Assembly: GCA_946531445.1 (NCBI GenBank)
Contig: CAMNAP010000002.1
Coordinates: 7,887 to 71,886 of the forward strand
DNA length: 64,000 nt
From: an uncultured Clostridia bacterium
GTDB lineage: Bacteria > Bacillota > Clostridia > Oscillospirales > Acutalibacteraceae
Reading direction: 5' to 3'
The notes under the pieces were generated by a model. The model had not been told where the DNA came from. It was given only the letters and a program-made list of their open reading frames with translations, and did not search any database. The position numbers and the translations under genes are program-made. Below, piece after piece: positions 11,201-21,813 of this stretch. Every line of letters begins with the position of its first letter. The stretch's first letter is position 1.

Positions 11201-11910
11201 TTGAAAAAATTGAAAGACGCGCCTTTGTTGCGTGTACCTCGCTGACGGAGATAACCAATTACTGCAGGAATACCGTTTATGACGATTTATCGATATTCTC
11301 CTATCAGTTCGGTACTGCGGCAGGCGGCTACTACGCAAATAAAACTCTTAAAGGCTATTCCGACTCAACTTCAAAGGATTTCTGCACAGCTAATCCAAAG
11401 ATTAATTTTGAGTCAATAGGCTGCGGACACTCAAGAAGCACAAGCTACCTTAGAGATGAAGCGAGAGATGAATTTATCACAGACGTTATCTATCACTGCG
11501 ACGACTGCGGTAATGAGTTCGTTTACTCGTATTACGATTCGGGAAGCGAGCTTACGCTCAGCGTTTTTACCAAAAAGGGAATGACTGTTGAAAATGCAGA
11601 GATATACCTTGACGGCGAGCTTTTCGGTGTAACGGACAGCAAGGGCGCTGTAAGGGGCAAGCTCCCGATGGGAAGCTATCCGCTTGAAATGAAGGTAAAC
11701 GGAATAAGCGTATTTGAAAACACTCTTACTCTTTCTTCAAATACCGTTAACGCTTCACTCCGTTTCCAGTACGCAAACTATGTAAAGGACGGCGCAATTA
11801 ACGGAAAGGACTACGCCTACAGCCTGCGCTGCGGCTTTGGCGACGGCGACCTCTTCGACTACGGAAAAATAAACGCAGACTATAACAGGATAATCTACGA
11901 TGAAAACTAA
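8221..11910 (+). CDS. Secreted S8 (subtilisin-like) serine protease with BspA-type LRR modules and a C-terminal dockerin/EF-hand-like motif
   Basis: Signal peptide; triad VAIVDTG / DHATMVSG / GTSFSTP; oxyanion ASAGN; two GKCG..LT..GSGDMY LRR caps; C-terminal NYVKDGAINGKDYA. Confidence 0.88.
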   Translation: MNKFGKAFIALIVCFSLAIPLVVSLNYSASPADFSGEKYLSDIAEIYREYDGDLSKKDKDDPLALNRIVVSDYNGKKYGCVKRAWDTKHKIGVLQYETRKDAEEAIKAVRRDGLVAEGDGIAYFDNEIKETPEAIVNEAPALASEKGTLSPSSSGFLGTKQYIEKLNAEEKDEVVVAIVDTGVMYEHTAIADRFCSTGVDLSSDKAPDAHYDTDMVGEYYDHATMVSGVIADNTPDNVKIFPYKVVAFGASGAAASAIMNGLYEAVDSNAKVISVSLSTNGCYSYIEEAITNGRQKGICVCASAGNSSKVVTGMYPACCTYAITVSALNTDNTTIAPFSNYGENIDFTAPGRRIHTTAPVNGDSGYVYGSGTSFSTPYISACCACIKSDYPDMPRDDVYSALCDFATDLGDEGYDIYYGNGAPNLSNMVYTDGENYSFSIPENTLEIYTDADYTADTQPWKKYATVITDVTVDPSVERLANYVFYKMPNAQFNMRESYNSIGSYAFYGCTQLDGYTCTIDVEEIGQGAFGGIEGFVLSGYRNTPAESYALSENITFNALGCKHSYKHVVYDPTKTSEGYTLYTCTVCGEQYVGKYIEPTPVETGKCGDNLTYTYFDTGRLTIEGSGDMYDYMNTPAPWADYKDSIMVLQVKEGVGDVSPFAFYGCTSLSRFFISDGNSYYYDDDEYNLVRKSDGALLLAIMGTQNSPYTVRERINSFNSTAFIICNPSAVVGNGYTTNDGIVYNSDGDIAMALPSYNKSGFEFGANCDVNEYAFIYCPGLLKISGDYIRINVGQYGFGYYYDGTMNKQNALFVTNASSGLYQYASDNGFAVDLGVTGKCGDDILWRYNEEESSLTLTGSGDMYTFESEELVPWKEYIPTLKKAVIADSITSLSPYSFNKATKLSDLTLPLSIEAPKDINTWNGCNAIKKLTLTLGTGRTDDYVEADGTELYKFTPWFISKSSITSFSLDENVKYITSEAFRNCTCIKSLKFNCIEKIERRAFVACTSLTEITNYCRNTVYDDLSIFSYQFGTAAGGYYANKTLKGYSDSTSKDFCTANPKINFESIGCGHSRSTSYLRDEARDEFITDVIYHCDDCGNEFVYSYYDSGSELTLSVFTKKGMTVENAEIYLDGELFGVTDSKGAVRGKLPMGSYPLEMKVNGISVFENTLTLSSNTVNASLRFQYANYVKDGAINGKDYAYSLRCGFGDGDLFDYGKINADYNRIIYDEN

Positions 11911-12346
11911 AATTATTGTAAGCGCGTGCCTTCTCGGCGCAAACTGTAAATACAGCGGCGGTAATAATTTTAACGAAAGCGTTAAGGCGCTTGAGAATTA
12001 TTTTGAACTTATTCCCGTCTGTCCGGAGTGCTTCGGCGGTCTTGAAATACCGAGAGAGCCCAGCGAAATAAAAGACGGCAGGGTGTTTTCAAAAAGCGGC
12101 AAGGACGTTACCGAAAGCTTTAAAACGGGCGCTGAGCATACGCTTTACATCGCGCAGGAAAACAACTGTCCTGCGGCGCTGTTAAAGGAGCGCTCGCCGT
12201 CTTGCGGCTTCGGTAAAATCTATGACGGAAGCTTTACCGGAACGCTTTGCGACGGAAACGGTATTTGCGCGTCCCTGCTTGATGAAAACGGCATTGCCGT
12301 TTTCGGCGAAACAAAATGTGAAAAGCTTCTCAGCCTTTATCTTTAA
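11900..12346 (+). CDS. DUF523 (2-thiouracil desulfurase-like) Fe-S protein
   Basis: VSACLLGANCKY, PVCPECFGGL, LKERSPSCG. Confidence 0.85.
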   Translation: MKTKIIVSACLLGANCKYSGGNNFNESVKALENYFELIPVCPECFGGLEIPREPSEIKDGRVFSKSGKDVTESFKTGAEHTLYIAQENNCPAALLKERSPSCGFGKIYDGSFTGTLCDGNGICASLLDENGIAVFGETKCEKLLSLYL

Positions 12347-12367
12347 AAATATTTAATATTTTTCATG

Positions 12368-12396
12368 TTGACAATAAAATATGCGCTAAGTATAAT
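12368..12396 (+). promoter_or_regulatory. Perfect-consensus sigmaA promoter
   Basis: TTGACA-17 bp-TATAAT. Confidence 0.85.
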
Positions 12397-12428
12397 TAAA
12401 TTAGAAATTCAAAATCGAGGTTAAAGAT

Positions 12429-12929
12429 ATGAAAAAAATATTGGCAATTTTACTCACCTTAACACTTGTTGTTCTCGCTTTTGCGGCTTGCTCAAAAGCA
12501 AGCAAAGACGAGCCTACAACTGTACCCACAGTAACGGCAAAGCAGGTTGAAAGAACAACAACCGACCTTGCTAAAATCAAGAACGGCGACGCCGCTGAGC
12601 TTATTAAAAGCTACAGCGCTAAGGAGCTTTCTCTTACGGATAAGGAGAAAAAGGAGTGCTCGTTCCTCACAAACGATTCGGGAATCAAAATTAAGGACGA
12701 CTACTATATCTGCGTTATTGCGGCATATATGAACAGCCAGAAGGGCGAGGACGGAAAGACATATACCACCTTTGACCACAGAGGCGAATATTATATCCGT
12801 TACGACGGCAAGAAGATTCTTAAAAAGAATATGGAAAACAAGGAAAAGGACGAGTATACGGAGCTAAAGGTTAAGGAGCTTAAAACAACAGAGGCTTCAA
12901 CCGAAGCAGCAAGCGATAAGAAGGACTGA
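12429..12929 (+). CDS. Lipoprotein, unknown function
   Basis: MKK + hydrophobic stretch + lipobox FAAC; Thr/Pro linker; charged tail. Confidence 0.8.
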   Translation: MKKILAILLTLTLVVLAFAACSKASKDEPTTVPTVTAKQVERTTTDLAKIKNGDAAELIKSYSAKELSLTDKEKKECSFLTNDSGIKIKDDYYICVIAAYMNSQKGEDGKTYTTFDHRGEYYIRYDGKKILKKNMENKEKDEYTELKVKELKTTEASTEAASDKKD

Positions 12930-12931
12930 TT

Positions 12932-13879
12932 ATGAAAAAGAGAACTCTTATTTTACTCGGTGCCGCAGGCGTCGGAATCGGCGCGGCGGCTGTTCATTCA
13001 TATCTTGATTTGATGTACAAGCAGACTATCCCGAAAGGCCCCGCCGCAAGAATTCAGGAGCTTACCGACAACGGCGACCTTCAGGATTTAGCTGATATGT
13101 GCGCAGAAAATATGAAGTGGGTAGACGAAAAAGGGCTTGAAATCATTGATATGAAGAGCGACAGAGGTGAAAACCTCAAGGGCTATCTGCTTCTTTGTGA
13201 AAACGTGAGTAAAACCTTCTGCGTATTCGCTCACGGCTACCGCGCAGACCACAGGGGAGACCCTGCGAATTTCTATAAATACTACTATGACAAGGGAATT
13301 AACTTCTTTGCGTGCGACCACACCTCCGCAGGCGCCAGCGAGGGCGACTGGGTAGGCTTTGACTACTACGAAAGTCAGGATTTAATGAAGTGGGTAAACT
13401 ACCTTATTGAGCGCTTTGGAAACGATATTAAAATTATCCTTCACGGCGTTTCAATGGGCGGCGCAACGGTTTGTAAAATGGCGTCGTCTGTACCCGAGCA
13501 GGTTAAGGTCATTGTTGCCGACTGTCCGTATACAAGCGCTGTTGACGAGTTTACGGCTGTTGCAAATTCTGCGGGAATCAAGTATACAACGCCGTATCTT
13601 CTCAGTATGATAAATTTCCTTAACAAGCGCCTTGCGGGCTATGACCTTAAGGATACAGACGTTAGAGAAAGCGTTAAAAATTCAAAGGTGCCTATGCTGT
13701 TTGTACACGGCGGCTCAGACGATTTTGTTCCCACAAGAATGGGTAAAGAGCTTTTTGAGCTTTGCGGTAACGAAAAAGACCTCTTTATTGTGCCGCCTGC
13801 GCTCCACGCCGAGTCGGTGGTTAAGGATACAGAGGGCTACTATAAAAAGCTTGACGAATTCCTCGGAAAGTATTTATAA
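12932..13879 (+). CDS. Membrane-anchored alpha/beta hydrolase (lipase/esterase-like)
   Basis: HGY oxyanion motif, GVSMG nucleophile elbow, HGGSDDFV, LHAES; N-terminal hydrophobic anchor. Confidence 0.88.
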   Translation: MKKRTLILLGAAGVGIGAAAVHSYLDLMYKQTIPKGPAARIQELTDNGDLQDLADMCAENMKWVDEKGLEIIDMKSDRGENLKGYLLLCENVSKTFCVFAHGYRADHRGDPANFYKYYYDKGINFFACDHTSAGASEGDWVGFDYYESQDLMKWVNYLIERFGNDIKIILHGVSMGGATVCKMASSVPEQVKVIVADCPYTSAVDEFTAVANSAGIKYTTPYLLSMINFLNKRLAGYDLKDTDVRESVKNSKVPMLFVHGGSDDFVPTRMGKELFELCGNEKDLFIVPPALHAESVVKDTEGYYKKLDEFLGKYL

Positions 13880-13898
13880 ACAATATAGTGTATTGTTA

Positions 13899-13930
13899 AA
13901 GAGAGTGTTTCGGTACTCTCTTATTTTTTT
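13899..13930 (+). terminator. Intrinsic terminator
   Basis: AAGAGAGTG-tttcgg-TACTCTCTT followed by ATTTTTTT. Confidence 0.75.
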
Positions 13931-13931
13931 A

Positions 13932-13960
13932 TTGTAATAATAAATTAGTTATGCTAAAAT
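13932..13960 (+). promoter_or_regulatory. sigmaA-type promoter for the PI-PLC gene
   Basis: TTGTAA-17 bp-TAAAAT with TG extension. Confidence 0.65.
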
Positions 13961-14000
13961 AAAAGTGAGTTATTGGCAGAATGCTTTTACAGGTGATTTA

Positions 14001-17000
14001 ATGAAAAGGCTCATATCTCTTTTAGCAATAATTTCAATAATTTTTACTATGGCTGTTCCGATTAGTGCAGAGGCTTCCTCTCAGTACGAAACCCAAACGG
14101 CTTTATCCTCTGTTGCAACCAACAGCTGGATGAGTGCTATCAGAGGCGAAACAAGGCTTACTGAAATTACTATTCCGGGAACTCACGATTCGTGCGCAAG
14201 AAAATTCAGCCAGTCGTATGTAACAAGCACGGCAAAGTGTCAGAGTCTGAATATTACCGAACAGCTCAACGCGGGCGTGCGTTTTCTTGACGTAAGATGT
14301 GAGTGTGATTCCTCAACGCTTTCGGTTAAAACGGTTCACGGCTCCGCCGACTGCTGGAACGGGGATGACTATTACTATCTTGATTTTGTTTTTCAGGACG
14401 TTTACAACTGGCTTGCTTCCCACCCGAGCGAAACCGTTTTAGTTTCAATTAAAGAGGACGACGGCGACGTAGGCGCGGCAACGTTTACAAAGGCAATTTA
14501 CGAATATATTCACGGCTACGGTCAGGGCAAATACTTCTACGGCGAAAGCTACAATTACCGCTCGCAGTGGTATCTTTCAAAGGCGGTTCCTACACTTGAC
14601 GAGGTAAGGGGAAAGTGCGTTCTTATGAACCGCTTTGACCAGGTTATAGAAACCTCGGGCTCAGGTGTTGACGCGGCTGAATCGGGACAGAAGGTAAAAT
14701 GGCTTGACTATGACAACGGCAGCTATATTGATCCGCCGTACGTTAACCTGAAAAACAGCTATTCTGATTTAACCTTCCACGTTCAGGATTATTATAAGTG
14801 GCACACAGACGACAAGATTACCGCAACACAGTATATGTTAAATCTCGGCCATTACAGAGGCGAATACTATTTCAACTTCTCCTCTACGGTATCCGATTCG
14901 CTTATTCCTAACCCTGAAAACCTTGCGGGAACGGTGAACGCCGCTTACCCGAATTTTACTTACACAAAAAACAAGCCGTCGGGCGTTTTCGCTATGGACT
15001 TTGCAAACGCCGATTTGTGCAGATATATTATTCTTAACAACGAGGCGGTTTCAAATATCGTTACGGGTACAGACGGCAATGTTACCTATACCCTTAACAG
15101 AAAAACGGGCGTGCTTCACTTGAGCGGAAACGGCGCTATGAATAACTACGCCTACACCTCCGCAAACGGCGTAAACGGTATGGGCTCAACTGCGCCGTGG
15201 GGCGACCAGCTCAAGAATTCGGTATTTGACGGTCAGTACAACTCAGACCTCATTACAAGCATTGTAGTTGACGAGGGCATAACCTCAATAGGTAACTACG
15301 CCTTTTACGGCTATGATAACGTTACAAGTGTGTCGCTCCCGTCAACAATTACCTCAATCGGCGAGGGCGCGTTTACAAAGTGCGCTCGCCTTACAACGCT
15401 TGATATAAGAAACACGTCCGTTCAGTCTATCGGAAGTTATGCGTTTAAGGACTGTACGGCGCTTACTGTTTTCAACACCGCAGACAGCGTGAGCAGTATT
15501 AACCAAAATGCCTTTACAAACGCTAACAGCGTTACAATGTACGGCTCTGCGGGTATCTATTCTCAGACGTGGGCAAACGAAAACAATGTGCCTTATGTTG
15601 TAAAGGATTTCAACTCCTACAGCGTAGACGTCAAGGCGGCGAATACCGTAAGGGAAAGTGAAAATCCGTTTGCAGACAAAGACCTTTCAAAAGGTGTTAC
15701 AATCAGCTTTTCAAAATACTGCAACGACGACAGAGGCTGGAATTCCTCGCTGATTAATTTTTCAACGGGTAAAAACAGAGATAACCGCTATTTCATAATT
15801 ATGGCTAACGGAACAATCCTCTTTAACGACGGAAACGGCGGAAGCGCGGGAAATAACGGCTGTTACTTTGACATAAACGCCGAGAGCGCAACAAACACAA
15901 CCTCGGCGCGCTGGGTGGATATTGACCTTACAATTTACAAAAACAACGCCTCGCAGCATATGCTGAAATATTACGTTGACGGCGCGCTTGTAAGAACGTT
16001 TAACCTCAGTGAAACCTGCGCGGGCGGTTACCCCGCAGGAGTCAGCGGAAACGACGGAATTTTCTCCTTCCTTTCGAGCGGCGACATAAACCTTTACTAC
16101 GGCGCTTCGTTTTCCGTTTATCCGACTATGGCGGGTACGGCTGAGGCGTATCTTGATACGGCTGAGTTTTACACATATGCTAAGTCTGACAGCGAGCTTA
16201 CGTCTGCTACTGATTACAGCTATCTCAACACGTTTGAAAACGGGCTCGGCGGCACTGCTGTTACGGGACGCGCCGACAACGGAGTTTACGTTCACCTTGA
16301 TGAAACGAATAACGCGGGAAGGGTAAACACCGCATATTTCCCGTACACTCAAAACGGAGGTAATGAAACAAACTACATCGCTACGGGGGTAAGCCCGTTT
16401 GCAAACTGTAATACGTCGGACGGGCTGAGCATAAGCTTCTGGCACAGAATAAACGGCAATTACTGGGGCAACCTTGAAGCGCTCACTATAGCAAAGGGTG
16501 AAATCGGCGAGTGTAAGTATTTCACCTTCGGTTCAGACGGATATATCCGCTTCAATAACGGCAATGGCGGAAGCGATACAAGTCTTTCGTCGGCAGGGCT
16601 GTATTTTGACTACACAACCGCTGAGAGCGCAATAAGAAATAAAGAGTGGCAATTCATAACGCTTGACATACTTGACGATTTTCATTTCAGACTCTACGTT
16701 AACGGCGAGCTTGTTAAAAACATTGCCGTAAGCGGAACTGATGAATATAACGCAGCAGGCGGACTTATCTCTTTCCTTACAAGCCCTGACGCTAAGCTTT
16801 ATCTCGGCTCTTACACGCCGTACTGGGGAACGTGTACGCTGTCCCTTGACAATGTTTACTGTCACGCGAGGGCGCTGACAGACGGCGAGGCGTATTCGCT
16901 GTATATGTCCGAAACCGAGGGAGCACAGGCGGATTTTGCAGAGAGTTTTGAAGATAACTTTGACTTGTATTCCGGTCAGTGCGAAATTCTATCGCAGTAT

Positions 17001-18329
17001 GAGGGACGGCAGGGAGTTTTATATATTCCCGCTGAGGGCGCCGATTCGCAGTATACGGTGAGCGTTAACGGAAATACGGTTTCCGACTCTTCGGCAATTG
17101 CCGCCGAAAGTGAGGTTACCGTAAGCTATACGGGAACAAAGAATGTCAGCAGATGGCTTCTTGTGAGCAACGCGACAAACGAGGTAATCAGCTCTTCTCA
17201 GGGCGCTTCGTCATTTACCTTTACACTAAGAGAAAGCTCATACGTTTACTGTATTCTTGAAAGCGAGAGGGCGGCTGACCTTTCGGCTTACTATGCGGCG
17301 GTTGAAAGCGCAGGTAAATACAGCGCCGACGATTATTCAGCAGAATCGTATCAGAATCTTACCGATACGATAGACTTATACAGCGGCCTTGCCTCCTCGT
17401 CGCCCACTCAGGCTCAGGCTGACGTGGCAACATACGATATTCTTACGGCTATAAGCAACCTTGTGCCGTATCTCTACCTTAACGTAGGCGCAAGCGGCGG
17501 TAGCGCCGAGGCGTCAATCGGCGGCGAAACTGTTGGGCAGGGACGTCACTCGCTTCTTTTCGGAACGGAAATCACGCTGATTGCAACTCCCGATGAAGGC
17601 TATACCTTCAAGGGCTGGTATGAAACAAAGACAAAGCGCATATTCTCATCTGACAGCACGTTTACATTTCTGCTCACTTCAAATACGGATTTTGAGGCGC
17701 TGTTTACAAACGGCGAAACGGCAACGCTTTGTTTCAGAAATCACTCTTCGCAGATTCAGAGCAGGATTACAAAAAGCATTGAAGAGTGGAACGAATACAC
17801 ATCTCTTTCTTCGCTTCTTCCCGCTGTTCCGTACCGCTTTGGCTACACTGCAGGGGAGTGGGTGAACACCGACTCTGCGCTCGCGCTTCTTCAAAACGGC
17901 TCAGACGCCGACCTGTATCCCGAATACACTGAGGGCCAGTATTCGCTTCCTGCAATGCCGGATACAAGCAGCGGCGTTCCCGTTGCGACTCTCACGTATT
18001 ATCACGATGTCGGCGCGCATACAGCTTCTTATATTATGGCGCTCGGCGTACCCGACGGTTGCAGGCTTGAATCGGTAGGCATTGCGCTTTACTACAAAAA
18101 AGCTTCATCCTTTGACCCGAGAGAGCTTGAGCTTACAATCAACAACAAGCTGACGACCTCAAAGTTTGAGCCGTCCCCCGCAAGCGATTACTATACGCTT
18201 AACGTTTCGGGCTTTACTTCAAACAACAACTGGGCGCTTCGCGGATATGCTGTTTATTATGATGAAAACGGAGCGCTCAAAACGGTATATTCAAACCAGA
18301 TTAATATAATTGACAGGGAAAGCGTCTGA
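14001..18329 (+). CDS. Secreted multidomain phosphatidylinositol-specific phospholipase C (PI-PLC X + BspA LRR + two LamG/ConA-like + FIVAR-like + InlB-B-repeat-like + C-terminal domain)
   Basis: Signal peptide from ATG 14001 (AGGTGA RBS). PI-PLC motifs ITIPGTHDS, QLNAGVRFLDVR, TVHG, VSIKE, MDF; LRR SIGNYAFYG...SIGEGAF; LamG-like SISFWHRI...WQFITL...LYVNGEL; PDEGYTFKGWY repeat. Confidence 0.85.
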   Translation: MKRLISLLAIISIIFTMAVPISAEASSQYETQTALSSVATNSWMSAIRGETRLTEITIPGTHDSCARKFSQSYVTSTAKCQSLNITEQLNAGVRFLDVRCECDSSTLSVKTVHGSADCWNGDDYYYLDFVFQDVYNWLASHPSETVLVSIKEDDGDVGAATFTKAIYEYIHGYGQGKYFYGESYNYRSQWYLSKAVPTLDEVRGKCVLMNRFDQVIETSGSGVDAAESGQKVKWLDYDNGSYIDPPYVNLKNSYSDLTFHVQDYYKWHTDDKITATQYMLNLGHYRGEYYFNFSSTVSDSLIPNPENLAGTVNAAYPNFTYTKNKPSGVFAMDFANADLCRYIILNNEAVSNIVTGTDGNVTYTLNRKTGVLHLSGNGAMNNYAYTSANGVNGMGSTAPWGDQLKNSVFDGQYNSDLITSIVVDEGITSIGNYAFYGYDNVTSVSLPSTITSIGEGAFTKCARLTTLDIRNTSVQSIGSYAFKDCTALTVFNTADSVSSINQNAFTNANSVTMYGSAGIYSQTWANENNVPYVVKDFNSYSVDVKAANTVRESENPFADKDLSKGVTISFSKYCNDDRGWNSSLINFSTGKNRDNRYFIIMANGTILFNDGNGGSAGNNGCYFDINAESATNTTSARWVDIDLTIYKNNASQHMLKYYVDGALVRTFNLSETCAGGYPAGVSGNDGIFSFLSSGDINLYYGASFSVYPTMAGTAEAYLDTAEFYTYAKSDSELTSATDYSYLNTFENGLGGTAVTGRADNGVYVHLDETNNAGRVNTAYFPYTQNGGNETNYIATGVSPFANCNTSDGLSISFWHRINGNYWGNLEALTIAKGEIGECKYFTFGSDGYIRFNNGNGGSDTSLSSAGLYFDYTTAESAIRNKEWQFITLDILDDFHFRLYVNGELVKNIAVSGTDEYNAAGGLISFLTSPDAKLYLGSYTPYWGTCTLSLDNVYCHARALTDGEAYSLYMSETEGAQADFAESFEDNFDLYSGQCEILSQYEGRQGVLYIPAEGADSQYTVSVNGNTVSDSSAIAAESEVTVSYTGTKNVSRWLLVSNATNEVISSSQGASSFTFTLRESSYVYCILESERAADLSAYYAAVESAGKYSADDYSAESYQNLTDTIDLYSGLASSSPTQAQADVATYDILTAISNLVPYLYLNVGASGGSAEASIGGETVGQGRHSLLFGTEITLIATPDEGYTFKGWYETKTKRIFSSDSTFTFLLTSNTDFEALFTNGETATLCFRNHSSQIQSRITKSIEEWNEYTSLSSLLPAVPYRFGYTAGEWVNTDSALALLQNGSDADLYPEYTEGQYSLPAMPDTSSGVPVATLTYYHDVGAHTASYIMALGVPDGCRLESVGIALYYKKASSFDPRELELTINNKLTTSKFEPSPASDYYTLNVSGFTSNNNWALRGYAVYYDENGALKTVYSNQINIIDRESV

Positions 18330-18634
18330 TGAATTCATTTGAAAAAATTTATGAAACGGTGAAACGGATACCGTACGGAAAGGTTGCAACCTACGGACAG
18401 ATTGCAATGCTTTCGGGTAATCCTAACTGGAGCAGGGTTGTGGGATACGCCCTCCACGTTAATCCAGACCCCGACTCAATTCCGTGTTTTCGCGTTGTTA
18501 ACCGTTTCGGCGAACCGTCAAGTGCCTTTGCATTCGGCGGAAAGAATACGCAGATTCTGCTTCTTGAGGGCGAGGGAGTGGAATTTGTTGACGGCAGAGT
18601 GAATATGGAAAAGTTCCTTTGGGACGGTAAATAA
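18329..18634 (+). CDS. MGMT/alkyltransferase-like DNA-binding protein (C-terminal domain only)
   Basis: IPYGKVATYGQIA...RVVGYAL...PCFRVV; TGATG overlap with the upstream gene. Confidence 0.85.
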   Translation: MNSFEKIYETVKRIPYGKVATYGQIAMLSGNPNWSRVVGYALHVNPDPDSIPCFRVVNRFGEPSSAFAFGGKNTQILLLEGEGVEFVDGRVNMEKFLWDGK

Positions 18635-18647
18635 AACTGAGGAGTAA

Positions 18648-21794
<3,147 letters not shown>

Positions 21795-21813
21795 AACTAA
21801 AATATAGATTAAA

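Noticed and set aside
15762-16865. Long antisense ORFs (227 aa, 110 aa) inside the PI-PLC gene
   Set aside because: Shadow frames of a coding strand; no RBS, no motifs, atypical composition.
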